A stretch of DNA of 64,000 nt from Macrostomum hystrix (taxonomy: Eukaryota; Animalia; Platyhelminthes), in NCBI GenBank assembly GCA_950097015.1, contig CATNEN010000038.1:682001-746000 (forward strand), given 5' to 3'. Under the pieces are notes generated by a model that saw only the letters and a list, made by a program, of their open reading frames with translations, made no database searches and was not told the DNA's origin. Position 1 is the first letter of the stretch. The number at the start of each line of letters is the position of its first letter. Positions 63,601 through 64,000 of this stretch are shown here, one piece after another. A program made the translations under genes and the position numbers.

Positions 63601-64000
63601 CCACGGGCGTCCCGTAGTCATTGAAGTCAGTAGGCTCCCAGATGCCTCTCCTGATGCCCTCGTCGTAGGCGCGCTCGAGCTCCTCGCGGATGGCGAAGGG
63701 GACAGGCCTAGCCTTCCGGAACACCGGCTTTGCATCCGGGTTAAACTGCAACTCGAGCTTGAAGTCCTTGAGGCAACCCAGCTCGTCCTTCCACAGGTCC
63801 GGGAATTCGTCGCAAAGATTTCGGCAGGCCTTTTGAAGAGCCTCGTCCGGCGGCAGGTGGTCAAACACTGCGTTGACTTCTTGAATGGCGCTGGCAGCGC
63901 CGAGCAGTTTGTCGACGGAGATTCCCAACAGCTTCGTGGCGGTCCGGCCGAGTAGATTCAAGCCGGGCACCTGTGTGACGATGTACTGGATGTCGTGCTC
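60631..64000 (-). mobile_element. Ty3/Gypsy LTR retrotransposon, 3' part (runs off the right edge)
   Basis: 3' LTR 60631-60965 (TGTTG..CAACA); polypurine tract GGTGGGGAGG on the minus strand at 60966-60975; uninterrupted pol ORF. Confidence 0.95.
61004..64000 (-). CDS. pol: Gypsy pol polyprotein (RT, RNase H, integrase), 5'-incomplete
   Basis: LRVCGDY, FSKVDLADAY, FYLDD, CDASNVGIGAVL, TDHKPL, NADALSRL, zinc finger H..H..CHSC, VTDNA..PYHPATNGAAERLVQTFK; order RT-RH-IN. Confidence 0.95.
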   Translation of the reverse strand, partial: EHDIQYIVTQVPGLNLLGRTATKLLGISVDKLLGAASAIQEVNAVFDHLPPDEALQKACRNLCDEFPDLWKDELGCLKDFKLELQFNPDAKPVFRKARPVPFAIREELERAYDEGIRRGIWEPTDFNDYGTPVVPVRKPSTGSEQPKLRVCGDYSCTINPQLEDNRHPLPLPEELLQKLGGSYCFSKVDLADAYNQIELGPMSQRRLALSTHRGVLLQKRLAFGPKSAVGEFQFIMEMVAGDLPGVVFYLDDYLVGGATADEHLANLRRLFQRLSDKGLRCRREKCKFAMPSIEYLGYVLSKEGIAKGTKVDAVREMPPPKDVSSLRSFLGSVQFYAKFLPPSMATISEPLYRLTRKDAPWTWGDAEQRAFEQIKEELSSDNVLVHYNADLPLGLSCDASNVGIGAVLFHRYPDGSERPIANASKSLTDAQRRYPQIQKEALSIIFGLKKFFQYLFNRKFILVTDHKPLVSLFGPEKETPVMAANRLARWANLLHNFTYEVEYRQTKSHGNADALSRLPMGDDPDFDGEESAADFDTVCAIKVLSLQIQPADASAVAKESSRDPVISTVMRYCREGWPPDRRDEDAEVARLRKVKDSLSCGNGCLLHGCRLVIPRNLRNEVLKILHLGHFGMQRMKQLARSAVYWPNIDDDIGHLCHGCHSCAEHQNHPPKAAVHPWMMPEKPWSRLHLDHAVNFLGTNWLVLTDAYSKYPCIHPTQSVSTRATIELLEVDFAHFGYPHAIVTDNAAAFMAEEFQAWCREHGIAHLTGAPYHPATNGAAERLVQTFKKALKKSSLPPARALQQFLMQYRRTPAVNGYSPSELLNGRQIRTQIDTLLPSPAHLAQDRQVKQAEESRARKKVSRVREGYNVGDPVYARYYGPRREKEGRWVPAVVTKRHGSRSVNVKVVPSGPVWRRHFDQLQPRHVSAEDSEPGSLPTQQNETAGHLMLPATPAVAHPGSRPRPPGWRAPDQVQHPPPYGPDNPRRSARQRKPRLQMEL

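Overview
Eukaryotic, intron-containing animal DNA. Gene content and repeat style suggest an invertebrate, possibly a Macrostomum-like flatworm; that assignment is inference. In order the window holds: a 3.4-kb 20-bp satellite; tRNA-Leu(UAA); a 4-exon transgelin/Mp20/myophilin-like gene whose first splice donor is tandemly amplified; three intronless GPI-type mini-Ly6 (three-finger) genes with an unusual 8-Cys pattern; a 2-exon uncharacterised gene; an 8-exon polycystin-2 (PKD2) gene; and, 2 kb upstream on the same strand, a 7-exon gene fusing two DZANK1-like domains to a 4-repeat annexin core (the most striking finding). Further on are a decayed Maverick/Polinton (adintovirus-like) remnant with integrase and protein X, invaded by a CORE-SINE and an internally deleted BEL/Pao element. 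Two tandem near-identical copies of an ADAM metalloprotease gene follow, the second ending at an intact-looking Gypsy element that runs off the window. Most long ORFs in the supplied track are minisatellite artefacts. Exon models were built by hand from GT-AG sites and phase checks. Family assignments come from motif recognition and have not been confirmed by database search.
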